Below, one piece after another: positions 23,499 to 33,882 of a DNA stretch of 64,000 nucleotides. Below the pieces are notes generated by a model. The model saw only the letters and a program-made list of their open reading frames with translations, did no database searches and had not been told where the DNA came from. The position numbers were made by a program, and so were the translations under genes. The first letter of the stretch is position 1; every line of letters starts with the position of its first letter. Source of the stretch: Pseudomonadota bacterium (GTDB taxonomy: Bacteria; Pseudomonadota; Gammaproteobacteria; JAKAQQ01); contig DAHVLZ010000009.1 of NCBI GenBank assembly GCA_027320085.1, forward strand, positions 160,001 to 224,000, read 5' to 3'.

Positions 23499-23944
23499 TC
23501 CAGCCCATAAGTTGCCGCATTGAGCTTTGTACACCGGGCACACACGGAGAACAGATCCACGCAGTACTACACGAATTGCGCTCGGCGCTGGACTTGGCCA
23601 CCTTCGAGCACTGCTGGCGGTACCAGCATCAATACTATGGGTACGAAGTGGTTGTCGCCTGGCTGGACCAGGAAGTGGCTGGGATCATGGGGATGCGCCC
23701 AGTCGAAACCCTCTCGCGCGGAGCATTCCTCCACATTGACGACCTAGTGGTCCGTCACGATTGCCGCCGTCGGGGGATCGGACGGGCACTGCTCAACTGG
23801 GGGGAAACCTGGGCGACCGCACATGGTCTGGGTGCCATCTTTTTGGACAGTCGCCTTGAGGCCCTTCCCTTCTATCAGCAGCTCGGTTATGACTCGCACG
23901 GCTCGGTTCTGGTTCGGAAGATTCTTGACACCCAATCTGCCTGA
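23495..23944 (+). CDS. GNAT family N-acetyltransferase
   Basis: HIDDLVV, RRRGIGRALL acetyl-CoA motif, FYQQLGY. Confidence 0.85.
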   Translation: MIQPISCRIELCTPGTHGEQIHAVLHELRSALDLATFEHCWRYQHQYYGYEVVVAWLDQEVAGIMGMRPVETLSRGAFLHIDDLVVRHDCRRRGIGRALLNWGETWATAHGLGAIFLDSRLEALPFYQQLGYDSHGSVLVRKILDTQSA

Positions 23945-23950
23945 GTACTT

Positions 23951-25333
23951 TCAGCGCTTCATGGAATCAAAGAATTCGCTGTTGGTCTTTGTTTCTTTGA
24001 GTTTCGAAAGCAGGAACTCAATGGCCGCCAGTTCATCCATGGGATGCAGGAGCTGACGAAGAATCCACAGTTTCTGCAGCTCATCCGGGGTAACTAACAA
24101 TTCTTCACGACGGGTCCCCGAACGGTTGATGTTAATGGCTGGGAAAATTCGCTTCTCGTAAATCCGGCGATCCAGATGGATTTCCGAGTTTCCAGTCCCC
24201 TTGAATTCCTCATAGATCACATCATCCATCCGCGAACCCGTATCAATCAGTGCCGTGGCGACAATAGTCAGGCTCCCACCTTCCTCGATGTTTCGGGCCG
24301 AACCGAAAATCCGCTTGGGCCGCTGCAATGCACTTGCATCAACGCCTCCGGTCAGAACCTTCCCTGATGCTGGAGCCACGGTGTTGTAAGCCCTCGCCAA
24401 GCGGGTAATCGAATCCAAGAGGATGACCACGTCACGTTTGTGCTCCACCAGGCGTTTGGCCTTTTCGATCACCATCTCTGCTGCCTGGACATGCCGCGAT
24501 GCCGGCTCATCGAAGGTACTGGAGACGACCTCCCCTCGGACTGAGCGACTCATCTCCGTCACTTCCTCGGGACGCTCATCAATAAGCAGGACAATGAGGT
24601 AGACCTCTGGATGATTCGCCGTGATGGATTGCGCGATGTTTTGAAGCATCATCGTTTTCCCGGCCTTGGGAGGGGACACGATGAGGCTGCGTTGGCCCTT
24701 GCCGATAGGCGCCACCATATCGATGATACGTGCTGTTAGGTCCTCCGTGCTCCCTGTTCCGCGTTCCATTTTGAAACGGGTTCTGGGAAACAGCGGAGTC
24801 AGATTTTCGAATAGGATCTTGTTCTGGGCATTGGACGGATGGTCATAGTTAATGCGATCCACCCGAAGAAGCGCGAAATAGCGTTCCCCCTCCTTGGGAG
24901 GGCGTACATGCCCAAGAACCGTATCGCCGGTCCGCAGGTTAAAGCGCCGGACTTGACTCGGTGATACGTAAACATCATCAGGACCTGCAAGGTAGGAGCT
25001 GTCCGCTGAGCGCAGAAACCCATAACCATCCTGCATGATCTCGAGAACACCCTCGGCGACGATGATCTCGCCACCGCGAGCCTTGGCTTTGAGAATAGAG
25101 AAAATGACTTCCTGTTTGCGGGCTCGAGGTGCACCCTCGATGGACAGAGACTCGGCAAGCTGGATCAACTCCGTAGGAGACATTTTCTTAAGGGCATTGA
25201 GATCGATCGTTGGACGATTCTCATCAAATGCCACGTTTTCTTCCGGAACGTCCTCTTCTGGCCCATTGGGCAGACCACCCATAGGCTCATTGGGAAGCAT
25301 GCGCGGGCCGCCGCGCCGTCTGGGGTACCTCAC
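23951..25333 (-). CDS. rho: Transcription termination factor Rho (start uncertain)
   Basis: [36 protein letters not shown]. Confidence 0.97.
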   Translation of the reverse strand: MRYPRRRGGPRMLPNEPMGGLPNGPEEDVPEENVAFDENRPTIDLNALKKMSPTELIQLAESLSIEGAPRARKQEVIFSILKAKARGGEIIVAEGVLEIMQDGYGFLRSADSSYLAGPDDVYVSPSQVRRFNLRTGDTVLGHVRPPKEGERYFALLRVDRINYDHPSNAQNKILFENLTPLFPRTRFKMERGTGSTEDLTARIIDMVAPIGKGQRSLIVSPPKAGKTMMLQNIAQSITANHPEVYLIVLLIDERPEEVTEMSRSVRGEVVSSTFDEPASRHVQAAEMVIEKAKRLVEHKRDVVILLDSITRLARAYNTVAPASGKVLTGGVDASALQRPKRIFGSARNIEEGGSLTIVATALIDTGSRMDDVIYEEFKGTGNSEIHLDRRIYEKRIFPAININRSGTRREELLVTPDELQKLWILRQLLHPMDELAAIEFLLSKLKETKTNSEFFDSMKR

Positions 25334-25656
25334 AGGTTGGTATCCAAGAAATTGGTCAGCTGGGTGCGGCTCAGGGCACCTACTTTCTGTGCTTGCACAT
25401 TGCCTCCTTTGAACAAGATTAGGGTCGGAATTCCACGAACCCCGTAGTGGGCGGGTGTCTTCGGGTTCTCATCCACATTGAGCTTCATGATTCTGACGCG
25501 GCCAGCGTATTGGCCGGCGATTTCCTCGAGAAGCGGGGCAATCATCCTGCAAGGCCCACACCACTCGGCCCAAAAATCGACAAGGACCGGCGGGTCTGAT
25601 CGCAGTACATCTGCGTCAAACGTCGAATCGCTGCTATGGGCGATCAACTCACTCAT
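25330..25656 (-). CDS. trxA: Thioredoxin
   Basis: WCGPC active site, trxA-rho order. Confidence 0.97.
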   Translation of the reverse strand: MSELIAHSSDSTFDADVLRSDPPVLVDFWAEWCGPCRMIAPLLEEIAGQYAGRVRIMKLNVDENPKTPAHYGVRGIPTLILFKGGNVQAQKVGALSRTQLTNFLDTNL

Positions 25657-26060
25657 GAGCGGGCTCCGAATGGAAAAAAGTGAATGGGAATCTTCAATAC
25701 CGTGATGTTGTGAGGCACTCGCTCTCACTGTAGAACACTGGACCTGAACTCCTTCAGGGACCAATGGGGGGAAACTGGCGTACCTTACGCCTTCATTCTA
25801 CGCGGCCCAATCACAATTCAAACTTGGGAAGTCAGGAGCAAAATGGGCTTTGCGAACCTGAACGCCGTTGGAACAAAGGAAACCGGATCACATCGGCCAT
25901 TTCAGTCCCCTGTCCGGTTTTCACATCCAGTTCTAGGTCTAAAGTAGCACAGGGACCGGGTCGGTTGCAAGCAACCCCCCAACTCCCCAAGACCAAGACC
26001 TGAGGTTTTGCCTCCCTAAGGTTCCCGGTTCAGCCAAAAATGGCGTCGTATAATAACTTA

Positions 26061-26185
26061 TCCAGTAATGAATTGTCGCCGGTGCCTGCCATTAGTTTAG
26101 GACCCATCCCCCTTCGATGGCGGGTAACGGGGAAGGCCGGTGGTGAGCTGTGCCCGCTCGGAAACGCCTGACGACGGTAACACCT
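26061..26185 (+). ncRNA. Candidate structured leader RNA, family unknown
   Basis: TATAAT at 26049-26054; TGCCTGCCAT pairs with ATGGCGGGTA, TCGCCGG with CCGGTGG, GAGC with GCTC. Confidence 0.25.
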
Positions 26186-26235
26186 CCGGACCATCATATC
26201 TAGAGGATCCCCACGGATCCAAAGGTCTATGTTTA

Positions 26236-27177
26236 ATGACCGAACCCATCCTTACAAACACGCCCACTGCCCTTGAAATCACCGGTCTTCAGAAAACCTA
26301 CAGAAATGGCAGCACGGCCTTGCGGGGTATCGACCTGCGAGTGCAACCAGGTGAGTTTTTTGCCCTGCTCGGCCCGAACGGTGCCGGGAAGACAACAACG
26401 ATCGGGATCCTCACTTCTCTCGTCAACAAAACAGCGGGCACCATCCGGATCTTCGGCATTGATCACGAAAAGAAAACAGCCGATGCCCGCGCACTCATGG
26501 GTGTTGTGCCCCAAGAAGTCAACTTTAATCTCTTTGAGAAGGTTAGGGACATCATCCTCAACCAAGCGGGTTACTATGGAATTGCCCGCACCGAGGCTCA
26601 GCCACGCTGTCAGATGCTGGTTGAAGCACTTCACCTGACTCCATACCAGGATCAGATGGCCCGGACTCTTTCGGGCGGCTTCAAAAGACGGCTCATGATT
26701 GCCCGTGCCTTGATTCATAATCCCCGTCTGCTCATTCTCGATGAACCGACCGCGGGAGTTGACGTTGAAATGCGCCATGAGACCTGGCAGTTTCTCCGCG
26801 AGCTCAACGCAGCTGGTACCACGATCATCCTGACCACACACTACCTCGAGGAGGCCGAGCTGCTCTGCAACCGACTGGCCATCATCCACCATGGAGCAAT
26901 TGTGGCCCAGGGAAGCAAAAGGTCTCTTCTCGAGATGATGTCGCATCAGACCTATCTTCTTGACCTCGCGGCGCCGATCACTGTCCTGCCGGATCTGGGG
27001 CTTCCTCGTGTTCGCCTAGTCGATCCAGAGCAGGTTGAAGTTGCCATTGCACAAAACGAAGATCTCAACCAAGTCTTTCGAGCCCTAGATACCCACAAAA
27101 TCCGGGTGCAAAGCCTGCGTAATAAGTCTAACCGCCTTGAAGAATTATTCTTAGCTTTGACAGGGAGAACGCCATGA
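26236..27177 (+). CDS. ABC transporter ATP-binding protein, YadG-like
   Basis: GPNGAGKTT, LSGG, LDEPTAGVD, NKSNRLEELF. Confidence 0.9.
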   Translation: MTEPILTNTPTALEITGLQKTYRNGSTALRGIDLRVQPGEFFALLGPNGAGKTTTIGILTSLVNKTAGTIRIFGIDHEKKTADARALMGVVPQEVNFNLFEKVRDIILNQAGYYGIARTEAQPRCQMLVEALHLTPYQDQMARTLSGGFKRRLMIARALIHNPRLLILDEPTAGVDVEMRHETWQFLRELNAAGTTIILTTHYLEEAELLCNRLAIIHHGAIVAQGSKRSLLEMMSHQTYLLDLAAPITVLPDLGLPRVRLVDPEQVEVAIAQNEDLNQVFRALDTHKIRVQSLRNKSNRLEELFLALTGRTP

Positions 27178-27950
27178 ACCGGATGCGCCGAAACTGGGTT
27201 GGGCTGACCACCCTTGTCAACAAGGAAATTGTGAGGATTGTTCGGATCTGGACCCAGACACTGATCCCCCCCGTGATCACCATGTCGCTTTACTTCGTCA
27301 TTTTCGGGAGCGTGATCGGATCCCGGGTCGGCAAGATCTCTGGGTTCAGTTACATGGCCTACATCGCGCCCGGCCTGATCATGATGTCAATCATCACGAA
27401 CTCCTACTCCAACGTGGTCTCCTCCTTTTTCGGGGCCAAGTTTGCTCGCCATGTAGAGGAAATTCTGGTCAGTCCCCTTCCCCTAAGCCTCCTGCTTCTA
27501 GGCTACATGGCGGGTGGGATGGTCCGTGGACTCCTCAATGGTGCACTCGTCACCCTTGTGGCTCTTTTCTTCACACACCTCGAGCCCGCCGAACCATGGG
27601 TCGTTATCTCGGTTGCCATCTTGACCTCAGCGATTTTCTCACTCGCGGGTTTTACCAATGCAATTTTTGCCAAAAAATTCGATGATATTTCAATCGTTCC
27701 CACCTTTGTTTTGACGCCCTTGACCTACCTTGGTGGAGTATTTTATTCCATCGCTCTACTCCCTCCCTTCTGGAGGGACCTCAGCCGGGTCAATCCAATT
27801 GTTTACATGGTCAGCGCATTCCGGACCGGGATTCTGGGGATCCGGACCATGCCACTCACAACTGCCTACAGTTTCATGATCCTTTTCCTTCTGCTCTTGT
27901 TTGGGACAAACTGGTGGCTCCTGAAACGCGGAACCGGAATCCGTAACTAG
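27174..27950 (+). CDS. ABC-2 permease, YadH-like
   Basis: RIWTQTLIPPVIT, NSYSNVVSSFF, LTPLTYLGGVFY. Confidence 0.9.
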   Translation: MNRMRRNWVGLTTLVNKEIVRIVRIWTQTLIPPVITMSLYFVIFGSVIGSRVGKISGFSYMAYIAPGLIMMSIITNSYSNVVSSFFGAKFARHVEEILVSPLPLSLLLLGYMAGGMVRGLLNGALVTLVALFFTHLEPAEPWVVISVAILTSAIFSLAGFTNAIFAKKFDDISIVPTFVLTPLTYLGGVFYSIALLPPFWRDLSRVNPIVYMVSAFRTGILGIRTMPLTTAYSFMILFLLLLFGTNWWLLKRGTGIRN

Positions 27951-27989
27951 GTTTGAGCCGGTATACACAAGCCCAGCTGTGCAGTGCAA

Positions 27990-28128
27990 AATATGACGCG
28001 TTGGGCGGGAGAAGTGCTCCAGATAAAAGTAAGCGGGGGATCCGGCCGCAGGAGTGCCACATCGGCTCGTCGTGACCCTAGGACACCGCAGGAATCCTCG
28101 GCATCCCTTGGGGCCGGGAGGATGTCAA
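27990..28128 (+). mobile_element. IS200/IS605 family right-end remnant, no tnpA/tnpB; left boundary approximate
   Basis: Ends GCAGGAATCCTCGGCATCCCTTGGGGCCGGGAGGATGTCAA: subterminal hairpin and terminal TCAA resembling tnpB-element right ends. Confidence 0.55.
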
Positions 28129-28152
28129 CCAGGTTTGCCGTTTCTGGCATAG

Positions 28153-29243
<1,091 letters not shown>

Positions 29244-29325
29244 GGAATCGCCCAACTTGCACAAATCCCCATCTCATCGTAAGCTAAATCCGGGCAAAAA
29301 ACCGGTTCGGTAAGGAAGTCGTCCG

Positions 29326-31377
29326 ATGAAACCGAAAACCTCTTGGCAGTGGATCCAAACCGCACTCCTCGTAGCAGGCCTGTCCGCGCTGGCGGGGTGT
29401 GGTGTAGGAACCCCTAATACAACCTCAGCCCCCAATCCCAACGCCGGCTTTACCGCTCGATTTTATCCGGCGGGTGGAATCGGTCCGTTTCCAACCGACC
29501 TCGATTTTCTCAACTCCACCACGGGAACCTTGAACATTCCGGTGACCGACCCCGGAAACTTCGAGGATCCCTACGTTGACATGAATACCATGGCCGGGTT
29601 TTCGACCACGGCTCCCATCAATGCCTACTTCAGCCAGCCCGTCAATGCGGCAAGCCTGCCGGGCCATGTCTACGTGTTTCAGGTTCAGACCGATCCCCAA
29701 GAAGGTTATGCGGTCACTGGTTTCGTGAAACCCCTGACCTTGGGAACCGACTACACCGCCACAGTCTCTCCCCAAGATCCGGACGTGATTGACATCACAC
29801 CGATCCTGCCGCTCGCGCCATCCAGTTCGTATCTTCTGGTGCTCACAAAAGGTATCCAGGACACGGATGGCACCCCGGTCAGCGCTGATACCGACTATGC
29901 AGCCATTGAGCAGCATGTGACTCAAAATACGCCGCTCACTAACCCAACCTTGGAAGCGATTTCTCCCATCATCGGTTCACAGATTGAGGTGGCCTCGGCA
30001 GCCGGCCTCTCTCCTTCCAGCATTGTCCTGACGTGGACGGTATCCACCCAGTCGATCACCCCGGTGCTGGACTATATCGAACAACACGCCCAGCCGACTC
30101 AGGTCACCAATCTCAATTTCATGGGAACAACCGCCAATTTCATTTCCGGAAGTCCAGGTTTTGCCAATGTCTACCAAGGCCTCCTCACCATTCCCTACTA
30201 CCTGGGTGCTCCCTCGGCGGCAGACCCGGCCGCTCCTTTGACCGACTTCTGGCATGGCGCGAACGGTTCCTATCTCACCCGTTACAACCCAGCCCCCGTT
30301 CCAACCACGACCCTCGAAATTCCGATTCTGGTGACGGTCCCCAACTCGAACTCGCCCAACTACAGCTATCCCTCAACCGGTTTCCCCGTTGCCATTTTCC
30401 AGCATGGTATCGGGCAAAACCGGACCAATGATCTCGCGGTGGCCGATGCTTTTGCGGACGCCGATTTCGCGACTGTTGCCATTGATCTTCCATTGCATGG
30501 AATCACCGACCCACAAAACCCCTTCTACATGGGTTCCTACGAAAGGACCTTCAATCTACCGGTCGGACTAGGGACTCCAGAGGTTCAACCAGGAACGATC
30601 GCCCCCTCGGGAACCTACTTCATCAATCTGACTCAACTGCTCGTTAGCCGCGATAACCTGCGGGAGGCCGCAGCCGACCTCATCACCCTGACCAAAACGC
30701 TACCAAATGTCCTGATCCCCGGGACAGGACAACATCTCAATCCTTCCGAACTCTTTTTTGTCGGGCATTCGCTAGGAGCCATCGTCGGGACGGTCTATCT
30801 GGGTGTCGACCCCCAGCCCTATGCAGCCACCCTCGGGATGCCCGGTGCAGAAATTCCTTATCTCCTGAACGATTCGGCAACCTTCGGTCCAATTATTCAG
30901 AGTGGACTCGAACAGGCGGGCATCCAGCCCAATACCCAGCTTTACGATGATTTCCTGCGGAATGCCCAAACCGTGGTCGACTCGGGTGACCCGGCGAACT
31001 GGGGTGCGTTGGCTGCGCATCTGCATCCCATTGACATGATTGAGGTCATCGGCGATTCCCAAACCGGATCCCTACCCGACCAAGTGGTACCAAACTCGGC
31101 GACTAATCTCCTGGCCAAGATCATGGGGCTGACGCAATATGGGACTCCGAATGATGGTTCGCTCTCGGTCAATGTCGTGCCTACGGGAGTGAGGGGAATT
31201 GTCAAGTTCCTGACTGGTGCGCATGGATCCTTGATCGATCCCTCACCCAGTCTGGCTGCTTTCAACGAGATGCAAAGCGAGATGGTCGTCTTTGCCGCAG
31301 GGTACCCACCCTATAGCCTACCGGGTGGTGGCGAAACCCTGCTCATCCAAAACACGGGGATCGTACAGAACCCGTAG
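29326..31377 (+). CDS. Lipoprotein lipase, Pla-1/Cef (VolA-like) family
   Basis: Lipobox LAGC, GFSTTAP Ig-like region, FQHGI, DLPLHG, SRDNLRE, GHSLG nucleophile, DQVVPN, HGSL. Confidence 0.8.
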   Translation: MKPKTSWQWIQTALLVAGLSALAGCGVGTPNTTSAPNPNAGFTARFYPAGGIGPFPTDLDFLNSTTGTLNIPVTDPGNFEDPYVDMNTMAGFSTTAPINAYFSQPVNAASLPGHVYVFQVQTDPQEGYAVTGFVKPLTLGTDYTATVSPQDPDVIDITPILPLAPSSSYLLVLTKGIQDTDGTPVSADTDYAAIEQHVTQNTPLTNPTLEAISPIIGSQIEVASAAGLSPSSIVLTWTVSTQSITPVLDYIEQHAQPTQVTNLNFMGTTANFISGSPGFANVYQGLLTIPYYLGAPSAADPAAPLTDFWHGANGSYLTRYNPAPVPTTTLEIPILVTVPNSNSPNYSYPSTGFPVAIFQHGIGQNRTNDLAVADAFADADFATVAIDLPLHGITDPQNPFYMGSYERTFNLPVGLGTPEVQPGTIAPSGTYFINLTQLLVSRDNLREAAADLITLTKTLPNVLIPGTGQHLNPSELFFVGHSLGAIVGTVYLGVDPQPYAATLGMPGAEIPYLLNDSATFGPIIQSGLEQAGIQPNTQLYDDFLRNAQTVVDSGDPANWGALAAHLHPIDMIEVIGDSQTGSLPDQVVPNSATNLLAKIMGLTQYGTPNDGSLSVNVVPTGVRGIVKFLTGAHGSLIDPSPSLAAFNEMQSEMVVFAAGYPPYSLPGGGETLLIQNTGIVQNP

Positions 31378-31522
31378 CTAAGTCCCCGCCCGAGGCGGAT
31401 GGCTCTCTCCCGGATTCGGTATATTCGGGGGACTGTGGGTCGTGGTAGGATGCGTCCACGTGTGGTGCCTTCCATAAACGGAGATGGCACTCCCTGGGTA
31501 CCTGTCCGATGAATGCGACCCC

Positions 31523-32221
31523 ATGAGTGTGGAAGGCGGCACCGTTCATTCAATCGAGTTCAAGCGCGTCACGATGCGCTATCGACCGGATCTGGAGGCC
31601 GTCTCCGATCTTTCCTTGGAGATCCGGGCACGCGAAATGGTCTTCGTGACCGGTCCGTCCGGAGCCGGCAAAAGCACCCTTTTGCGTCTCCTGGCTGCCT
31701 TGGAACGGCCGACCCGGGGTCAGCTCTGGGTCTGGGGCAGGAATGTCGGAACTCTTGCATCAAGGCGCATCCCCGCCTACAGGCGGGGCATCGGCCTTGT
31801 ATTTCAAGATCACCGTTTGCTGCTCGACCGGACAGTTTTTGATAACGTCGCACTCCCGCTCGTGATCACCGGTGCTCCCAGGCGTGAGATCACCCAGCGC
31901 GTCCGGGGCGCCCTCCAGACCGTCGGACTTCTGTCTCGAGAGCAGGAACGGCCAGCAATCCTGTCCGGGGGGGAGCAACAAAGGGTGGGAATTGCCCGTG
32001 CCATCGTGGCGCGCCCCCCATTGCTGATTGCCGATGAACCGACAGGGAATCTGGATCCGCTGCTCGCGATCGAAATCATGAGATTGTTCCAGCGACTGAA
32101 CGAAACCGGTACGACAGTCATCATTGCCTCCCATGCACTGGGCCTGATTGAAAAAATGTCCCATCGGATTCTGACTCTCCACCAAGGCACTCTGGTCGGA
32201 GACACCGGCTCCTCCCTGTGA
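31523..32221 (+). CDS. ftsE: Cell division ATP-binding protein FtsE
   Basis: GPSGAGKST, VFQDHRLL, LSGGEQQRVGIARA, ADEPTGNLD. Confidence 0.94.
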   Translation: MSVEGGTVHSIEFKRVTMRYRPDLEAVSDLSLEIRAREMVFVTGPSGAGKSTLLRLLAALERPTRGQLWVWGRNVGTLASRRIPAYRRGIGLVFQDHRLLLDRTVFDNVALPLVITGAPRREITQRVRGALQTVGLLSREQERPAILSGGEQQRVGIARAIVARPPLLIADEPTGNLDPLLAIEIMRLFQRLNETGTTVIIASHALGLIEKMSHRILTLHQGTLVGDTGSSL

Positions 32222-33138
32222 TGACTCACTTGAAAGCAGCCCTGGTCCACCACGCACGGGCGTTCATTTCCAGCCTGGGACTCCTGTGGCGACGAAGACT
32301 CGGGGCAATCGCCACCCTCACCGTTATCGCCATCGCCTTGGAACTCCCTGCCGGACTCGAGATAATCGGGCACAACATTGCCCACCTGGAGGGGCACTTG
32401 GGACTGAACCCTCATCTCACGGTTTTTCTGAAGCCTTCGACAACTGGGATCGAGGCCCGCCATTTGGCCAAACAGTGGAGTCGACTGTATTCCATCCGAA
32501 TCTGGCGGATCCTCGACCGCAAATCTGCCCTTTCTGAATTCAGGCGATGGTCTGGAATCAAGGGGTCTCTTTCGTTTCTCGGACGACACCCGCTCCCGGC
32601 AATCCTAGTTTTTACGCGATCAAATCCGGGGTCCTTAAGCCTTCACCAAGTGAGCCTTGCGCTCGCTCGGCAACCGGAAGTTTCGGTGGTCCGCACGGAT
32701 CAATCCTGGCTTGTCCGTTTACACGGTATTCTTCAATTCCTGGACCGTCTCGATCAGGTCCTCTATGTACTTTTTGCACTGACCACCGTTCTCATTATCG
32801 GTAATACGATTCGCCTAGACATTGGAAATGCCCAGAATGAGATTGAAACCCTGAGATTACTAGGAGCACCCTCATCGTTCATACGCCGTCCTTTCCTCTA
32901 CCGGGGTGGCTGGTATGGTCTGCTCGGTGGCCTTTATGCTTACCTCATCCTGCTCATCGAGTTCGCAGTCCTGGTCGGCCCCCTCACTCGGCTCAGCCGG
33001 TATTACAACCGCTCATTCTCTCCGGCATGGCCCTCGCCTCATCTGGGTCTCATTCTCCTGTCCGTGGGCGCCCTTCTCGGGTGGGTCGGTGCCATTCTGG
33101 CCGTGCAGATCGAGCTGACCAGAAAAGCCTCTCATTGA
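32218..33138 (+). CDS. ftsX: Cell division permease FtsX
   Basis: VIAIALELP, IGNTIRLDI, LLGAPSSFIRRPFLY. Confidence 0.92.
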   Translation: MMTHLKAALVHHARAFISSLGLLWRRRLGAIATLTVIAIALELPAGLEIIGHNIAHLEGHLGLNPHLTVFLKPSTTGIEARHLAKQWSRLYSIRIWRILDRKSALSEFRRWSGIKGSLSFLGRHPLPAILVFTRSNPGSLSLHQVSLALARQPEVSVVRTDQSWLVRLHGILQFLDRLDQVLYVLFALTTVLIIGNTIRLDIGNAQNEIETLRLLGAPSSFIRRPFLYRGGWYGLLGGLYAYLILLIEFAVLVGPLTRLSRYYNRSFSPAWPSPHLGLILLSVGALLGWVGAILAVQIELTRKASH

Positions 33139-33863
33139 ACCGGTGCTTCCGGAGGTAGGGCCGGTTTCCGGGCGTACCCATGTCGAATCAGTGCATCCCA
33201 AGCACCGGCCTGCTGGGTTCCTCCCGGTTGTTTTTCCAGGGATCGCCTGAGCCGTCGCAAAGATCGGCTGAAAAAGCGAGGAGTGCCACGAGGGTGTTTG
33301 CGTGCTCGGTCGAAATCGAGCAGATAGACTTCCCCGCCGGGGGCCAACCAGATGTTTCCAGCATTGAGGTCAGCATGCTGGATCCCCAAGTCGTGAAACC
33401 GGCGGATGGTCTCGCCGATACGGGTCCAGTCGATGGTTTGACCCGATCGAATGGCTTCCACGAGGCTGAGTCCTTCAAGGCGACCGGTCACGAGATCGGC
33501 GCGGTAACCCCAAAGCCCCGTACGGTCGACAACGGCAAGAACCGGGGGCGGGACAGGCAAGCCCTGCCGGTTCATTTCCGAAAGGAGAGACAGCTCACGC
33601 CATGGCCGGGACCGCGCAAGACCCAGCCAGAAATAGCGATCGCGAATCCAACGGGCCGGCCAGCCCCCACGGTAGTAGTGTCGATACGCATACTCCCGCC
33701 CCTCATGCCGGAAGTAAGTTGCCGCTCCCCGCTGTTGGGCCGAGGGTCCGGACTTGCCGACCGAAGGTTTTCTCCATAGACTCAGGAGGCTTTCAGGCGT
33801 GCCCCGTCCATAAAGTACATACCGGAAACCGGTCTGTCGACAACCCCATCGAGCCCATTCCAT
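33132..33863 (-). CDS. kdkA: 3-deoxy-D-manno-octulosonic acid kinase (start uncertain)
   Basis: RHYYRGG, HADLNAGNI, LLDFDR, RLRRSLEK. Confidence 0.88.
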   Translation of the reverse strand: MEWARWGCRQTGFRYVLYGRGTPESLLSLWRKPSVGKSGPSAQQRGAATYFRHEGREYAYRHYYRGGWPARWIRDRYFWLGLARSRPWRELSLLSEMNRQGLPVPPPVLAVVDRTGLWGYRADLVTGRLEGLSLVEAIRSGQTIDWTRIGETIRRFHDLGIQHADLNAGNIWLAPGGEVYLLDFDRARKHPRGTPRFFSRSLRRLRRSLEKQPGGTQQAGAWDALIRHGYARKPALPPEAPVQ

Positions 33864-33882
33864 GTCTGCGAATCGAACCCCC

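Noticed and set aside
26160-26176. GAAAC and CTGACGA hammerhead ribozyme core words
   Set aside because: Only 2 nt apart, so stems I and III cannot form between them.
26075-26180. Cobalamin riboswitch call
   Set aside because: Only the 5' half is reminiscent; later stems and the B12 box are not found, so it is kept only as an unclassified RNA candidate.
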